The notes beneath the pieces were generated by a model. It had not been told where the DNA came from, did no database searches, and saw nothing but the letters and a program-made list of their open reading frames with translations. A DNA stretch of 64,000 nt, from contig CP089278.1 of assembly GCA_023920165.1 (NCBI GenBank), positions 620,001-684,000 on the forward strand, in the 5' to 3' direction. Numbering within the stretch: position 1 is the stretch's first letter; every line of letters starts with the position of its first letter. Both the position numbers and the translations under genes were made by a program. This DNA comes from Curvularia clavata (taxonomy: Eukaryota). This document shows positions 1 through 10,844 of this stretch, in pieces.

Positions 1-1
1 T

Positions 2-3000
2 GTTGACAAACTGGACTCAACCATCGCGGGAACTAATTCAATTGCTGCGCCTGGGAACTCCAACGTATTAGCATGGTTCGAGACACCAGAATCCATGGGC
101 TTCAAAGACCCATTTGACACTGCGCAAGAGTGGTTTCTGGGAAAGCCGGATCGCGATAAAATTCTTGAGGCGCGAAGAAAAGCAAAGAAAGCTGAAGAGG
201 ATGCTGCCCGTCGGAAAGAGGAACATCCAAGCCTGCATCCATCTTCGCCGCTCAACGCTCGTGGTGCCTATGGTGATCTGCAAGCAGTCAGTGGTGTATA
301 CCCTACACCTCCGGATGGGGTTGCTCCTGGTACTGGGGTTTCTTACAGCGATACGCCTCATACATCCGGCCCACCTTCAAATGTCATCTTGGCCCCTGGA
401 GGGAATAATCCCGCAATCAACCTTTCTGCTCCGTCAGACAACATCAAGACAGAAGATCATCAAATGACCTCTACATCTCCAGCTGGTCCTTCTGCACCCG
501 ACAACTTCAACACATCTACCGGTAACGATGACCTTTTTGAGGATATGGAGGAGGATGGCTTCGGTGGTGAACGTATTGAGGAAACAGATTTCGACTTCTT
601 CGATGGCCCAGACAATGACGTTGACATGCTAGATGCGCCTGCTCTACCCGACCATAATGCACCGCCTACCCATGCCACGCAACGCCCGGACCCCAAACCG
701 GCTGCTGAAACCCACGCCCAGGATGACATGTCTGACCCTTTCGCAGCCCTTGAGAATGCTCTTGCTACAGCTTCCGAACCTACGGTGGATCAAGACCATG
801 TCAAGGGTAAAGAACCTGCGCATGTGGAAGCACCTGATGTTGAGGCACCCGAAGCTTCCGCGAACAAGTCATCGCCGATGCGCAGGAATGTGTCGTTCTC
901 CAGAGCACCTACGCCACCTCTTAGTCCGAGCAAAATCCTCAAAGCGCTCGAACCATCTCCACCTCGCAAAACGGCATCACGTACTCGATCAGAGGGGAAC
1001 CTCGACAGCTACCATGATGCTCATTTCAATCCAATCACGTTCAATCGCAAAATGAGCCTCTCTGATGCAAAGTATCAGGACGGCCGCTTTAGTGCCCATC
1101 ATTCTACGGCTCAGGTCGGCCAAAAGGATTCGGCTCCTAGTCTAGGCATTAACCCTACGCCATCGAAGAGCTTGAGAGAATTCCCTCTGTTGTCCAAGCT
1201 CCGCTTAGCTGCAGGGATTGCATCTGCAAACCGAATACCAGAAATAGCGTCTCTGGCTCGAGCCGCTAGTGACGACTCGGACTCTTACAGCGAGGCGTCT
1301 GATGCGTCAGACGACGAATCTGAAGATGAAGAGGTGGAAGTGACACCTGCAGCCATCATGAGCACCCTCACTATGCCTGTCAAAAGGAAGTTGCAGAGTG
1401 AGGGCAATGCAACTCCTCTATCTGTGACTTCGTTCGCTGACTCATTAGGAGGCGACTGGCTGGAGTTATATGGCTTACACCTAGACGAAACATATCTCAA
1501 CAGTTTTGAGCCAAGTTTATGGGATTGGTCTTTGGTTAATGTTCCCTCTCCAGCCGAACGCCCTGTGGCTGGAGCGCGATACAATTTGCCCGCCTTGCTA
1601 CCCAGTCCTGCGCAGATGCCCGACACCCCTACTTCTCAGCCTGATCCTGCATACGAGGCACCAGACGAGAAGCCTCCGAGTGGAAAAGACAGCATCTCCA
1701 TCACGCAGATCGTAACTGACCAGCTTGTTTCCACGACACTCGATATGCTCGGCGAGGATCCGCCCAACAAAAGCGAATTCAATAAGGATGTTGTGGTGGA
1801 AACGCCTTGGCAAAACACCATCAAGACTATCTTCCCAGCGGCTGCAGATTGTGATCTGCCTACGTTGGTTAGTGTTAACGAAGTGTTCCAGGATTATGCC
1901 GCTCTAGCCAAAGCACAGCAGAGACCTCCTGCACGAAAGAATGACGGCCCAGCAGTCACGGGTAGTCATATGTATCAGATTCAGGCGCCGTTTTTGAGAG
2001 TGCGCCGAGCAGAAACACACTGGGACTTATTGCCACCTGCGGTCGCGTTCTGGGAACCTCTGGGATTGTCACCTATCAGTCAGCCGAAGAATATTGTCGC
2101 ATTTTGTGTATATCCGCACAGTGATGCTATCAGGCCGTGTTTGGAGAGCTTTCTCCTCAACCTTCAGCTGGCCTACGACGGCTGCAAACTCGGTAACCAT
2201 AGCCGCGTCGAGACAGTAGCAGAGTTTGAAGGCGGTCTTGTACCCGTCCGGGCAACGTCGTCCATTACACCGCGAGAGACATTCAAACTGCTTAGAGAAA
2301 CATGTATCCAGCTTGGCAAACTCCTCGCTCTTCAGCACGGCAAGATACGGGAGCAACAAGATTCCAAAATTGATGCCTTTGTCATCTACATGATTGATCC
2401 TTTTGGTGGGTCGCCAGCAGTCTGGGAACTGTGCTCAGCATTCTGGGCGCTTTTCCAAGCGTATACTCAAGGCCACCCTGGGCGCTCAGATCAGGCGCAG
2501 AAGCCAGACGTTGTGTTGCAGATCATCCCTATCAAGTATGTGGCTTCGTTCGACGTGCCCGTTGTCCTCGACCCATCTACCTACTTGAGTCTTGCGCGAG
2601 AGGTGTACGATCGATGCCCTCCCAGCGCACCTAGTAGTGACAAGACATCTCTCAGCATATACAAAGCACCTGCTTTCCATCTGGAAGAGACACTACCACG
2701 CAATATTCCTTTCAAGCTCATATCCGAGCCAGCTCAAGATTTGCTGCGGGAAAACACGTACATGCATCTCGGCTATGCCATCAGTCTTGATGGTTCTTGG
2801 GTCACTGCCGCATGGACCGACAGCTGTGGCAAGTCTCAAGCGGTCGTCTCATATTATCTGGGTACAAGAATGTTCAGAGAGATTGCAAAGGAAATTTGGC
2901 AAACAACCATCGAAATACTTCAGTCTCGAAGAGTCAACTGGCGTGTCTGCATCGCCAAAGCCGGTGTGCTTGAAAGAGAAGAGCTCGAGACATGGGTCTT

Positions 3001-3883
3001 CCTTATCTCGTGTCCTACACAGATCAATGTTTTTGTGACATTGCTCACGGCAGTTGATGCAGATCCCCCGTATCAATTCATGCCAACGACACCTACTCCA
3101 AGCACAGCAACTGGTGCTGGAGCAATCAGCCCGGGTTCTACACCCCAAGCCGGCGTGTCGCCCTCGGATCCAGGGCCAGGTCTTACTCCCGCCGCAACTC
3201 CTGCTGCTGACCCAACTGCTGCAGACCCAGCAGCCGATCCTGAAGCACGCCTTGTGGACATCACCGACGACACATGGGGTATAATCCTCGCTCACCGTCT
3301 ACACAATTCCTACTCCACGACCCAATTCAGCCCAGCACTCATCTCTGGCCTACTCGTGAAGCGCGGCGAAACGCTCCAAACATCAAACAGCATTTCGCAT
3401 CCCATTCCAGACCCAGAACAAGGACCCATTGTTGTAGCCGTAAACTTTCTCTGGATCGGCGCCGTAGGCTCATCCCGTAACGCAGCTACCAACCTGCCCT
3501 TTCCGCCCAGCACATCGTCCTCAACCGCGACATCGTCCTCCTCATCATCGACACAGCCCTCCGACCTACCCAGCCCTGGAGGCTCTAATCTCCCCAACCC
3601 ATATCCCAGTAACCCAGGTACGCCACAGAGTCCTGGCCCGGGTCAGGAGGGCCAGAGAAGCACAACGAGCCTCATGTGGACGCCTACACCGCAGACAAGA
3701 ACAACGGCAGAGGGCTTGTTGAAAGAGGTGCTGGGACAATTTAGAGCACTGGGACTGTTGGCTAAGTTGAGGGGTATGAGGGGAACGAGGAATGGGGCGG
3801 TGCCTTGGCATGTTGCTGCTGCTAAGAGAGGAGTGGAGGGTTTGAGTCGGATTAGTAGTGCGACTGGTGGTACGACGGTGTGA
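2..3883 (+). CDS. MED13: Mediator kinase-module subunit Med13 (Ssn2/Srb9), 5' truncated by the window
   Basis: Frame is open from base 2 through the 1262-aa ORF. Med13 MID/C-terminal motifs: FWEPLGLSP, YDGCKLGNH, LAREVYDRCP, MHLGYAISLDGSWVTAAWTD, VPWHVAAA. Confidence 0.9.
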   Translation, partial: VDKLDSTIAGTNSIAAPGNSNVLAWFETPESMGFKDPFDTAQEWFLGKPDRDKILEARRKAKKAEEDAARRKEEHPSLHPSSPLNARGAYGDLQAVSGVYPTPPDGVAPGTGVSYSDTPHTSGPPSNVILAPGGNNPAINLSAPSDNIKTEDHQMTSTSPAGPSAPDNFNTSTGNDDLFEDMEEDGFGGERIEETDFDFFDGPDNDVDMLDAPALPDHNAPPTHATQRPDPKPAAETHAQDDMSDPFAALENALATASEPTVDQDHVKGKEPAHVEAPDVEAPEASANKSSPMRRNVSFSRAPTPPLSPSKILKALEPSPPRKTASRTRSEGNLDSYHDAHFNPITFNRKMSLSDAKYQDGRFSAHHSTAQVGQKDSAPSLGINPTPSKSLREFPLLSKLRLAAGIASANRIPEIASLARAASDDSDSYSEASDASDDESEDEEVEVTPAAIMSTLTMPVKRKLQSEGNATPLSVTSFADSLGGDWLELYGLHLDETYLNSFEPSLWDWSLVNVPSPAERPVAGARYNLPALLPSPAQMPDTPTSQPDPAYEAPDEKPPSGKDSISITQIVTDQLVSTTLDMLGEDPPNKSEFNKDVVVETPWQNTIKTIFPAAADCDLPTLVSVNEVFQDYAALAKAQQRPPARKNDGPAVTGSHMYQIQAPFLRVRRAETHWDLLPPAVAFWEPLGLSPISQPKNIVAFCVYPHSDAIRPCLESFLLNLQLAYDGCKLGNHSRVETVAEFEGGLVPVRATSSITPRETFKLLRETCIQLGKLLALQHGKIREQQDSKIDAFVIYMIDPFGGSPAVWELCSAFWALFQAYTQGHPGRSDQAQKPDVVLQIIPIKYVASFDVPVVLDPSTYLSLAREVYDRCPPSAPSSDKTSLSIYKAPAFHLEETLPRNIPFKLISEPAQDLLRENTYMHLGYAISLDGSWVTAAWTDSCGKSQAVVSYYLGTRMFREIAKEIWQTTIEILQSRRVNWRVCIAKAGVLEREELETWVFLISCPTQINVFVTLLTAVDADPPYQFMPTTPTPSTATGAGAISPGSTPQAGVSPSDPGPGLTPAATPAADPTAADPAADPEARLVDITDDTWGIILAHRLHNSYSTTQFSPALISGLLVKRGETLQTSNSISHPIPDPEQGPIVVAVNFLWIGAVGSSRNAATNLPFPPSTSSSTATSSSSSSTQPSDLPSPGGSNLPNPYPSNPGTPQSPGPGQEGQRSTTSLMWTPTPQTRTTAEGLLKEVLGQFRALGLLAKLRGMRGTRNGAVPWHVAAAKRGVEGLSRISSATGGTTV

Positions 3884-4124
3884 CGAAAGAGTGGTCACAG
3901 AGTAATCTTTGTTTGTTTTTTCTTGTTTTTTTCCAGGCGTTTAGGAATAGGAATTGGAAAGCAAGGAGAGGGATATACCAGTTTTATTTTTACTTCTTGG
4001 TTTAAGGGTCTGTTTAGTTATCTCTCGCTGGCTCAAGCTCAAGCTTGAATACTCGATAATATCTCGTTAGTCAATTAGAATACATGATCAGTCATTCAAG
4101 GTCGTTATTGGTCCGTCTTTACGT

Positions 4125-4678
4125 TCAGCCTTCAATCCCCAAATGATCCACCCGCTTCTTCGCGGCCTTGACTTCACGCTGCGAAGCATCTGCTTTTGCG
4201 AAGGCGCGGCCCTGTCCCTGGGCTATGGCTTTTGCGGCGCCTGGGGGGTTTGTGTTAGTCTCCTTATCTGCCGAGCACATGGTTCTATGCACAAGGGCGG
4301 TTGTTCGGGGTTGGAAAGGGATCAGGGTGGAAAGCAGAAGAAGGGATTAGGATGAAGGCGGAGCAGGAAAAAGACAGAATACATACCCTGATCCAACCTC
4401 TCCTCATCAGTAACAATATCTCCATTTGCGCTCTGGCGTGTGGTTTTCTTCGACTTGGAGCTAAAAGCGCCTGAGAGAGCGGCGAAGAGATTGAGGTTTA
4501 GACCGGCCTTTGGTACGGGTTAGTGCTTTACTAGGGAGAGAGGGCTAGCAGGTGGGAGGGTGGAGAGTGATAGACTCACAGATGCGCTTGCGCTGGCACT
4601 TTGCTCGTGGATCTGATCCGCAGCAGCGTGCTGCTGGACTTGCTGCTGGTTGTTTTGCTTGGCTACGGCTTGTGTCAT
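4125..4678 (-). CDS. Small 3-exon hypothetical protein (~111 aa, Q/A/S-rich)
   Basis: Exons 4678-4580, 4507-4387, 4240-4125, joined by GTGAGT..CTAAC..AAG and GTATGT..CTAAC..CAG introns, give one frame of 112 codons: MTQAVAKQNNQQQVQQH...AGLNLNLFAALSGAFSSKSKK...KRVDHLGIEG*. Confidence 0.75.
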
Positions 4679-4987
4679 GATTTACACTGGAATCTCAATA
4701 TACTTAGAGTAGGGAGTCAACAAGACTAGCACTTTATGTGTAGGTTAGTGTTAGTGTATGTCACGTAGTCAGTCTACCTTTGTACATGTTATCTTGATGG
4801 GTGAGGATAAGATGCCTGGTAGCATGACGTCATCCATCCCCAAGGTGTACCAGCAGGTTTTCATGCATGAACGCGTAAAGGGTCTGGGGTTAGCGACAGG
4901 GATCGGCGGGGGAGGAGAGCCTCATGATATCAATGGCAGAGATAGGTACACGGCAGATGGCTGTAGGTTTCATTAGATTAGCCTAGA

Positions 4988-6323
4988 CTAGTTGACTAGT
5001 ACTTCTACTATGTTATCCCAAAACCCTAAATCGTATACGTTTTCGACTGCAGCCAGGTTCCATACACGCTCAAAGCTATCTTCTTTAGCTACGGATTGAA
5101 TGCGGCTGGGAAGCGATTTCGGTGGTTGTCCGGATTCAGTTCGAATAAGGATGTGTCTGCTCTCCAGGGGCCAGGTAGTGGGTGGCTCCTCATCTTCTGA
5201 TGGGCTTCCGGGGAAAGTTGAAGTAGGCCCAGTTGATGAAAATGGGTGTACTGAACCACCTTGCTGCATTGTTTCCTCGCGTCTTTGACCAAGGAACACG
5301 ACGCCTTCCGCCATGTCGTCACGCCAATCTGCCCATTTTGAGCTCTCGTTCGTTGTCATACCAGCCCAGATGAGATATATGTGATATGTGAGTAAGCCTA
5401 GAGGAAGCGGCCAGGTTAAGAGTGCGAGTAAACCAACTCCAGAACCGCGAATACCACCTGTGTCCAGGTATATGCTCGTATACACGAGGAAGTAATGCAA
5501 CTTCCGGTCAAAGTACCCACTCCAGGTCTTGGGGTCAACACCAATTTTAGGCCTGTATTTGTAAAAGCTCTCATACTTCGAGTACTGCTTTAGAACCATG
5601 GGTGATAGTGCATAGTAGGCTAGGTACGCCCCATATGCGAGTAGAATGCTTGTGGACAATAGAAGAGCCAAGAACCACTTGTAGTTACCCCGCCCGAGGC
5701 AGTTGTTCACCCATATACAATGGTGGTCCATTCTCGAGACGCAGGTTTTGCATATACTGCAATGCTTGCTCCGCGCAGGCTTCAAAAACTTGCATGTCCG
5801 ACACGCAGTCCCGGGGTAGTATAGCACCCTGTCATACGGATAGTGTCGCATCTGCTCGGCATGATTGGCTGCATTGATATATGTTTGGTCGTTTCTCTTT
5901 GCGCTCAAGTACAGAAAAACGTATGGTTGTGGCAGCAGGATGAAGACCAGGAGCTTGTGGTACAGCCGAAGGACATGCCACACAGCAGGCAGAAACATGA
6001 TTGCGCAAGCCGTCACAAGTCCGAGAAAGAAGATGATAACAAGCGGGTGCTTGTCATTCATGAGGTAGTAGCCCAGGCGGGAGCCATCGTTGGTGATGCG
6101 GCCATTGGTGAGAGCAATGTCGAGCCTTCGAAATGTCGAGGGGATGTGAATGAGAAGGAGGCGGTTGAGGAAGCCGATGGGTGTGTTCCTAGTCTTGTTA
6201 GAGCAAGTGAGTTGAGCGAATGAACAGAAGGTACCTCAATGCCGGTAGTCGTCCGAAGAAGGCTATAAACGTCACTAGGGATACTGTGACAGTGAAAATG
6301 ATTATGGTGCGAGCGATAGTCAT
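4988..6323 (-). CDS. SWF1: DHHC palmitoyltransferase Swf1
   Basis: Exon 1 MTIARTIII...FFGRLPALR, intron 6234-6189, then RNTPIG. DHHC cysteine-rich domain CRTCKFLKPARSKHCSICKTCVSRMDHHCIWVNNCLG; TTNE motif; C-terminal NVYDLGFWDN. Confidence 0.92.
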
Positions 6324-6503
6324 GGTGAGCGAAGATTGAATTATGGCCGACGTCGCATGGCGGAGTAAAGGCGGAAAGGGAGCAATGCGAAATGTTATTA
6401 TCGCACCATGGCGCTGATGTGGTGTAGTTGTACAGTGCGTAGTAGGGCCTTGTGATTGATACCTAGGCAAGTGCCCCGCGTGAATCCGCCATTGCATGTG
6501 AGC

Positions 6504-6526
6504 ACGCGTCGCACCCCATAACGCGT
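6504..6526. promoter_or_regulatory. Two ACGCGT (MCB-like) elements in the divergent SWF1/RAP1 promoter
   Basis: ACGCGT at 6504-6509 and 6521-6526, within 60 bp of the RAP1 ATG. Confidence 0.45.
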
Positions 6527-6563
6527 CACCTCACCACCGCCCAGCGAGGCAGCATAATCAGCC

Positions 6564-9059
6564 ATGGCTGCGCCCGTCGTATACAAGGATGTCGCCGATG
6601 CCTCAAAATTAGGATTTAGCGGAAAATTATTCTCAGGCAAGAAATTCTGGGTGGCGCAGCGTGTCCCGGCGCGCAACCAGCTGCTGGAGGATATCAAAGC
6701 CAATGGCGGCGAGGTCGTGCCACTGGAGAAGAAAGCCGATTACCTGATCGCGGATCATTTTCGACGGGATGCTCCGCCTGGCTCAGTCTCGTACGAGTTT
6801 GTCGAAAAGTCAATCAAGCAAGGAGAACTCCGCGACCCGCAAGACCATCCAGCCGGCCCGCCTCTGGGTGAGGCGCGTGAACCAGGAGCTACCCATCAGC
6901 CTACGAAAAGCGGAAGGGCAGCATACACGGCAGAAGAGGACAGGATCCTTTACAATTGGACGCGGGACGCTGAGGCAAGAGGCGATAGTGTGAGCGGAAA
7001 CGAAATATATAAGAAGTTGGGGGAGAAGGTAAGCACGAACAAACCATTCTGTCACAAACACTCATGCTAAATGAAGACAGTATCCACGGCATACGTGGCA
7101 ATCATGGCGCGACCGCTACCTCAAGCAACTCAGACATCGTCCTCCATCTGCCTTCAAGAAACCCGACAATGCTCCCCCATCCCCTCCTTCCGATCAACCC
7201 AATGAACGTATGCCTCCAGCTCCGTCGTCTTTTAAACCTTTGGAACAACAGACATCTAAAAAAGGACAGACAACGACTGCTATCAAACATGACTACAGTG
7301 TTCATGACCTAGAGATAACGTTCGATGAAGAGGATTGGCAGGAACTCTATGCCTTTGCAGATCTGATTGATAGTCACCGTGGGACAGAACGATACGATTC
7401 GGCGTGGGAAGAATGGGCAAAGAGTCAGGGAAAAACTGCTGAGCAATGGCGGCAATATTTCGAGAAGGTGGTTCACCCACAGTGGTTACGCGATACCGAG
7501 TATAAAAGAGAGAGGATCAAAAGGCGGGTCGAGAAGAAGCATGAGGTCGAGGAAGATGTCACTCCGAGTCAGCCCATAGATGAAGTGTTTTCGCAAATAA
7601 GCCAGCCAGAAGAAGAAGAAGAAGCAGACTCAGACTTCGACGAACGTTTCGAAGCCCTGATCAGCGACAACTCAAATAGAGGGATTCCAGCAGGTTATAG
7701 GTTTTATGCTCTCGAAAAGAAGCAGCAAACGTTGGATGCTCAACCTGGCAGGGGTGCTAGTAAGTGTTAATAAGTTCAGTGTTATGGCAACAGTTACTGA
7801 CATACGGAACAGCTGCGCTTCATATCCACCTGTTGAGACAATGGAATTCTCTTTCAGAAGAAGAACAGGCACCTTATATTGCTATGGGTAAAAGAACAGC
7901 AACAATTGCTTTGGAACAGGCGAAGAATTCTGCTCGAACAGCATCATTACCCAGAGCAGTGTCACCTCCAGCAGCTCAGCCCGAATCTCCCGAATCCTCT
8001 GTCGAAGTACAGGGGAAATCCATAAAGCGTTCGCGGGAAGCGGAAGAAGCAGAGGAACAGGATGAAGACATAGCAGCATCTCGGTCCATTAAACGACGGA
8101 AAAGCGGGAGTGCAACGCCTACCAACGATGGCACGCTGGAGACGTCGACTGAAATGTTTGGCACACAAGAGCAGCCACTGGAGATTTCATCGCCCGAAAG
8201 CTCTCAGGACATGATTCAGCCAGAGGCGGCCCCAGGGCAGACTGGCCAAGACATGTCCGACATCGCAGAGGACGATGAGGCCACTATGGTAGAGCTAGAT
8301 GAGCAGAGTGCAGACAAGGAGGTGGAGAGCATTGAGTCCGATGTGTTCCCAGACATAGATGGATCCCCTCAGCCACCTGCAGGTTACGAAACAAATCTCG
8401 AGGACGAGCTCCCTTCAAATACACCAACGCCACGGGCCACGCATCAGAAAGAGTTAAATTTCGACATTGAAGCAATCCTAGCCTCACCCACTAAGGATAA
8501 GTTTCCCCAGTCATTCGACCTTGCCGACGACGCAAAGTTCCGACAGGAATTGTTGTTTCCGACATCGCAGATACCAGGATCCGATGCTTCTACCCAACAG
8601 TCTATGGAAGAATATCGTCGCTCCCTCCAGGAAGAAGACTTGGCTCAACCCGGATATTCCCAATATCAGCCAGCACCTCTCCGCCTGTCCTCTTCTCCAG
8701 CACCTTCCATAGCCTCTTCAAACTCGACTAACTCAGGTGATCCTGATCCACCCCTCAACGCCAAAGAAATTATCGAATTTTACGACGAGCAAAACGCTCA
8801 GGGATACCCGAACGATTTTATCAGTGCTGCTCTTAAGCGTACGGGTCTGCGCCCCGAGCTTGCTGTCAAGGTGCTCGATGCATGGAAGGAGGGAAAGCCG
8901 CTGCCGAACGAAAGGGGTATATGGAGTAAAGAGGATGACGCAGATGTAGAAAGTGGAGACGGGCTTGCATTGGCCAAGTTGTATAGGAAACACACCACGG
9001 ACGGTTGGGGTGGGGTCACAGAGCGAATGGTATTTTTGGAGGGCTATCGGAATCGATGA
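6564..9059 (+). CDS. RAP1: Telomere protein Rap1 (BRCT, Myb, Rap1 C-terminal domain)
   Basis: N-terminal BRCT (LFSGKKFWV...IKANGGEVV..EKKADYLIADH). Myb domain GRAAYTAEED...GNEIYKKL|YPRHTWQSWRDRYLK across intron 7029-7080. Second intron 7760-7812. RCT domain LPNERGIWSKEDD...RMVFL. Confidence 0.88.
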
Positions 9060-9424
9060 GCGAAAATCGAGAGTACAAACTGGGTCGGATTTCATATGCG
9101 GTTTGGAAGGATTTGGTCACTACAACCGGACTCTCACGAGTGTTTTCTTTTGCAAGAATTCTGCTCAAGTGCTTGATGAAGCACTGGATTCTTTATTGGT
9201 TTGAGGGATGGTCCATTTTGGTTTTAAGACGATGGGTCGAAATCTCTCTGAGCTTTTCAATGAACAATTGCAATGAAGATTTTCACTCTTTTAAAGTTTT
9301 TAATTGATAGTTGTGTCTACAGCAAGCCTATTACAACTATATTCTCACTTGCGCTGCTGCAGTCCAAGGTAAAATATACAGTCATGTGATTTGGCGAAGC
9401 CGCTAGTGTGGGACTAAATTGCGA

Positions 9425-9439
9425 ACGCGTCCCCCGCGT
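9425..9439. promoter_or_regulatory. MCB-like elements upstream of NSE2
   Basis: ACGCGT at 9425-9430 and CCGCGT at 9434-9439, ~60-70 bp upstream of the ATG. Confidence 0.4.
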
Positions 9440-9497
9440 TTACGTTACCTTTCAACGCATACCATTTCAGGTGCTTTTCTGATCCGAGCATATCCAC

Positions 9498-10844
9498 ATG
9501 TCTTCACGAACCAGACTATCGACGGCCCGATCAACTGCTCCTCGCCGGTCGGTTGGGTCTACTCCAAGCCGCAATGCTGATGCAGACACGCTCCCACCGT
9601 ACAAAAAACCATCGCACCCTCTCGACGCAGAGGCAACTCGCGCTCTACGTGACCTGCAGGGTCGCAGTGTAAACGACGTCAAGAAGCACAGCAAGCAGGC
9701 TGTTACCGAAATTATTGCTGCCGCCGAGAATGTCAACGATAAGCTGCGCGACCATGCCGAATACATCGCACGACGGAAGAAGAAATGGGACGCTGGCAAA
9801 AACGTTGAAGGCAGGGATTTGGAAGAGCGCACTATGGAAGAACTACAACTGAAGGTTGACGAGGCTACTGCGAAGCTGGAGGAGAGTATGCGTGCTGTTA
9901 TTGACTCAGGCATAGCAGCACAGAGGATTGACGAGACGCTTGAGTGGCTCAAAACCAATGCGCCCACAACGCTGGATCAGGAATATCGTACCCAAATGAC
10001 TCAGCGAGAAATGCTGAGACAATCGCAAAGTCAGGTAGACAGTCAGCGACGGCGCACCCAAAATGTAGACGGTGACGGCGACACTGAAATGGACAACGGT
10101 CCCACGCCCGGTCCAACACCCCTCGACGGATCTCGTATAGCCCTTACTGGCGCCAGCGAGCTGTTTGCGTCACGTATGCAGCGCCAAAAAGACGTATACA
10201 CATCACTTTCTCTCACAGCACGCTATGCTCGTAACAATGACTACCGGGACTTTAAGCGTATAGTACATGACGCAAAGTACGGAGACGATGGCCCTGTCTT
10301 AGGCCATGAAGACGCTTGGTTTACCGAGAGTGGATCGCCAGCGCCAGGAATCACCGATAGTACTCAGCGCGGTGAATTCGATGACGACGATATCGTCGTG
10401 GACAGGGCCAACATTAGCACGCGATGCCCAATTACTTACCAGCAGTTTAAAGAGCCTTACTCGAGCAGCAAGTGTCCGCACACATTTGAAAAGAACGCAA
10501 TTCTCGAGATGATTCGGCGAGGTCCTCACAGGATCGGTCAACAAAAGGCAGTGGATTGTCCGGTTACCGGATGTAACCAAGTAAGCATAGCCTCTGTTGC
10601 TCGTTCTATAGATACGGGTGCTGACAATTTTGGTTAGATGCTTACGGAAAACGATGTATCTTCCAATAAAGTACTAATCCGGAAGATCAGACGCATGCAA
10701 GAGGCTGAACTTGCAGAAGCCGAAGAGAGTTCGGACGATGAAATACAAGCCTCTCGTTCGGACATGCCAACTCAGCTAGCCCCATCAAGCAATGCCGGGA
10801 ATGAAGCAGAAGCAAGCGACAGCGACGGAGAAATTTCAGCTTGA
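9498..10844 (+). CDS. NSE2: Smc5/6 complex SUMO ligase Nse2/Mms21 (SP-RING, zf-Nse)
   Basis: DDDIVV..ISTRCPIT..FKEP..SSKCPHTFEK..I....CPVTGC SP-RING motif. Intron 10581-10637 (GTAAGC..CTGAC..TAG) joins the 10638-10844 exon. Confidence 0.88.
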
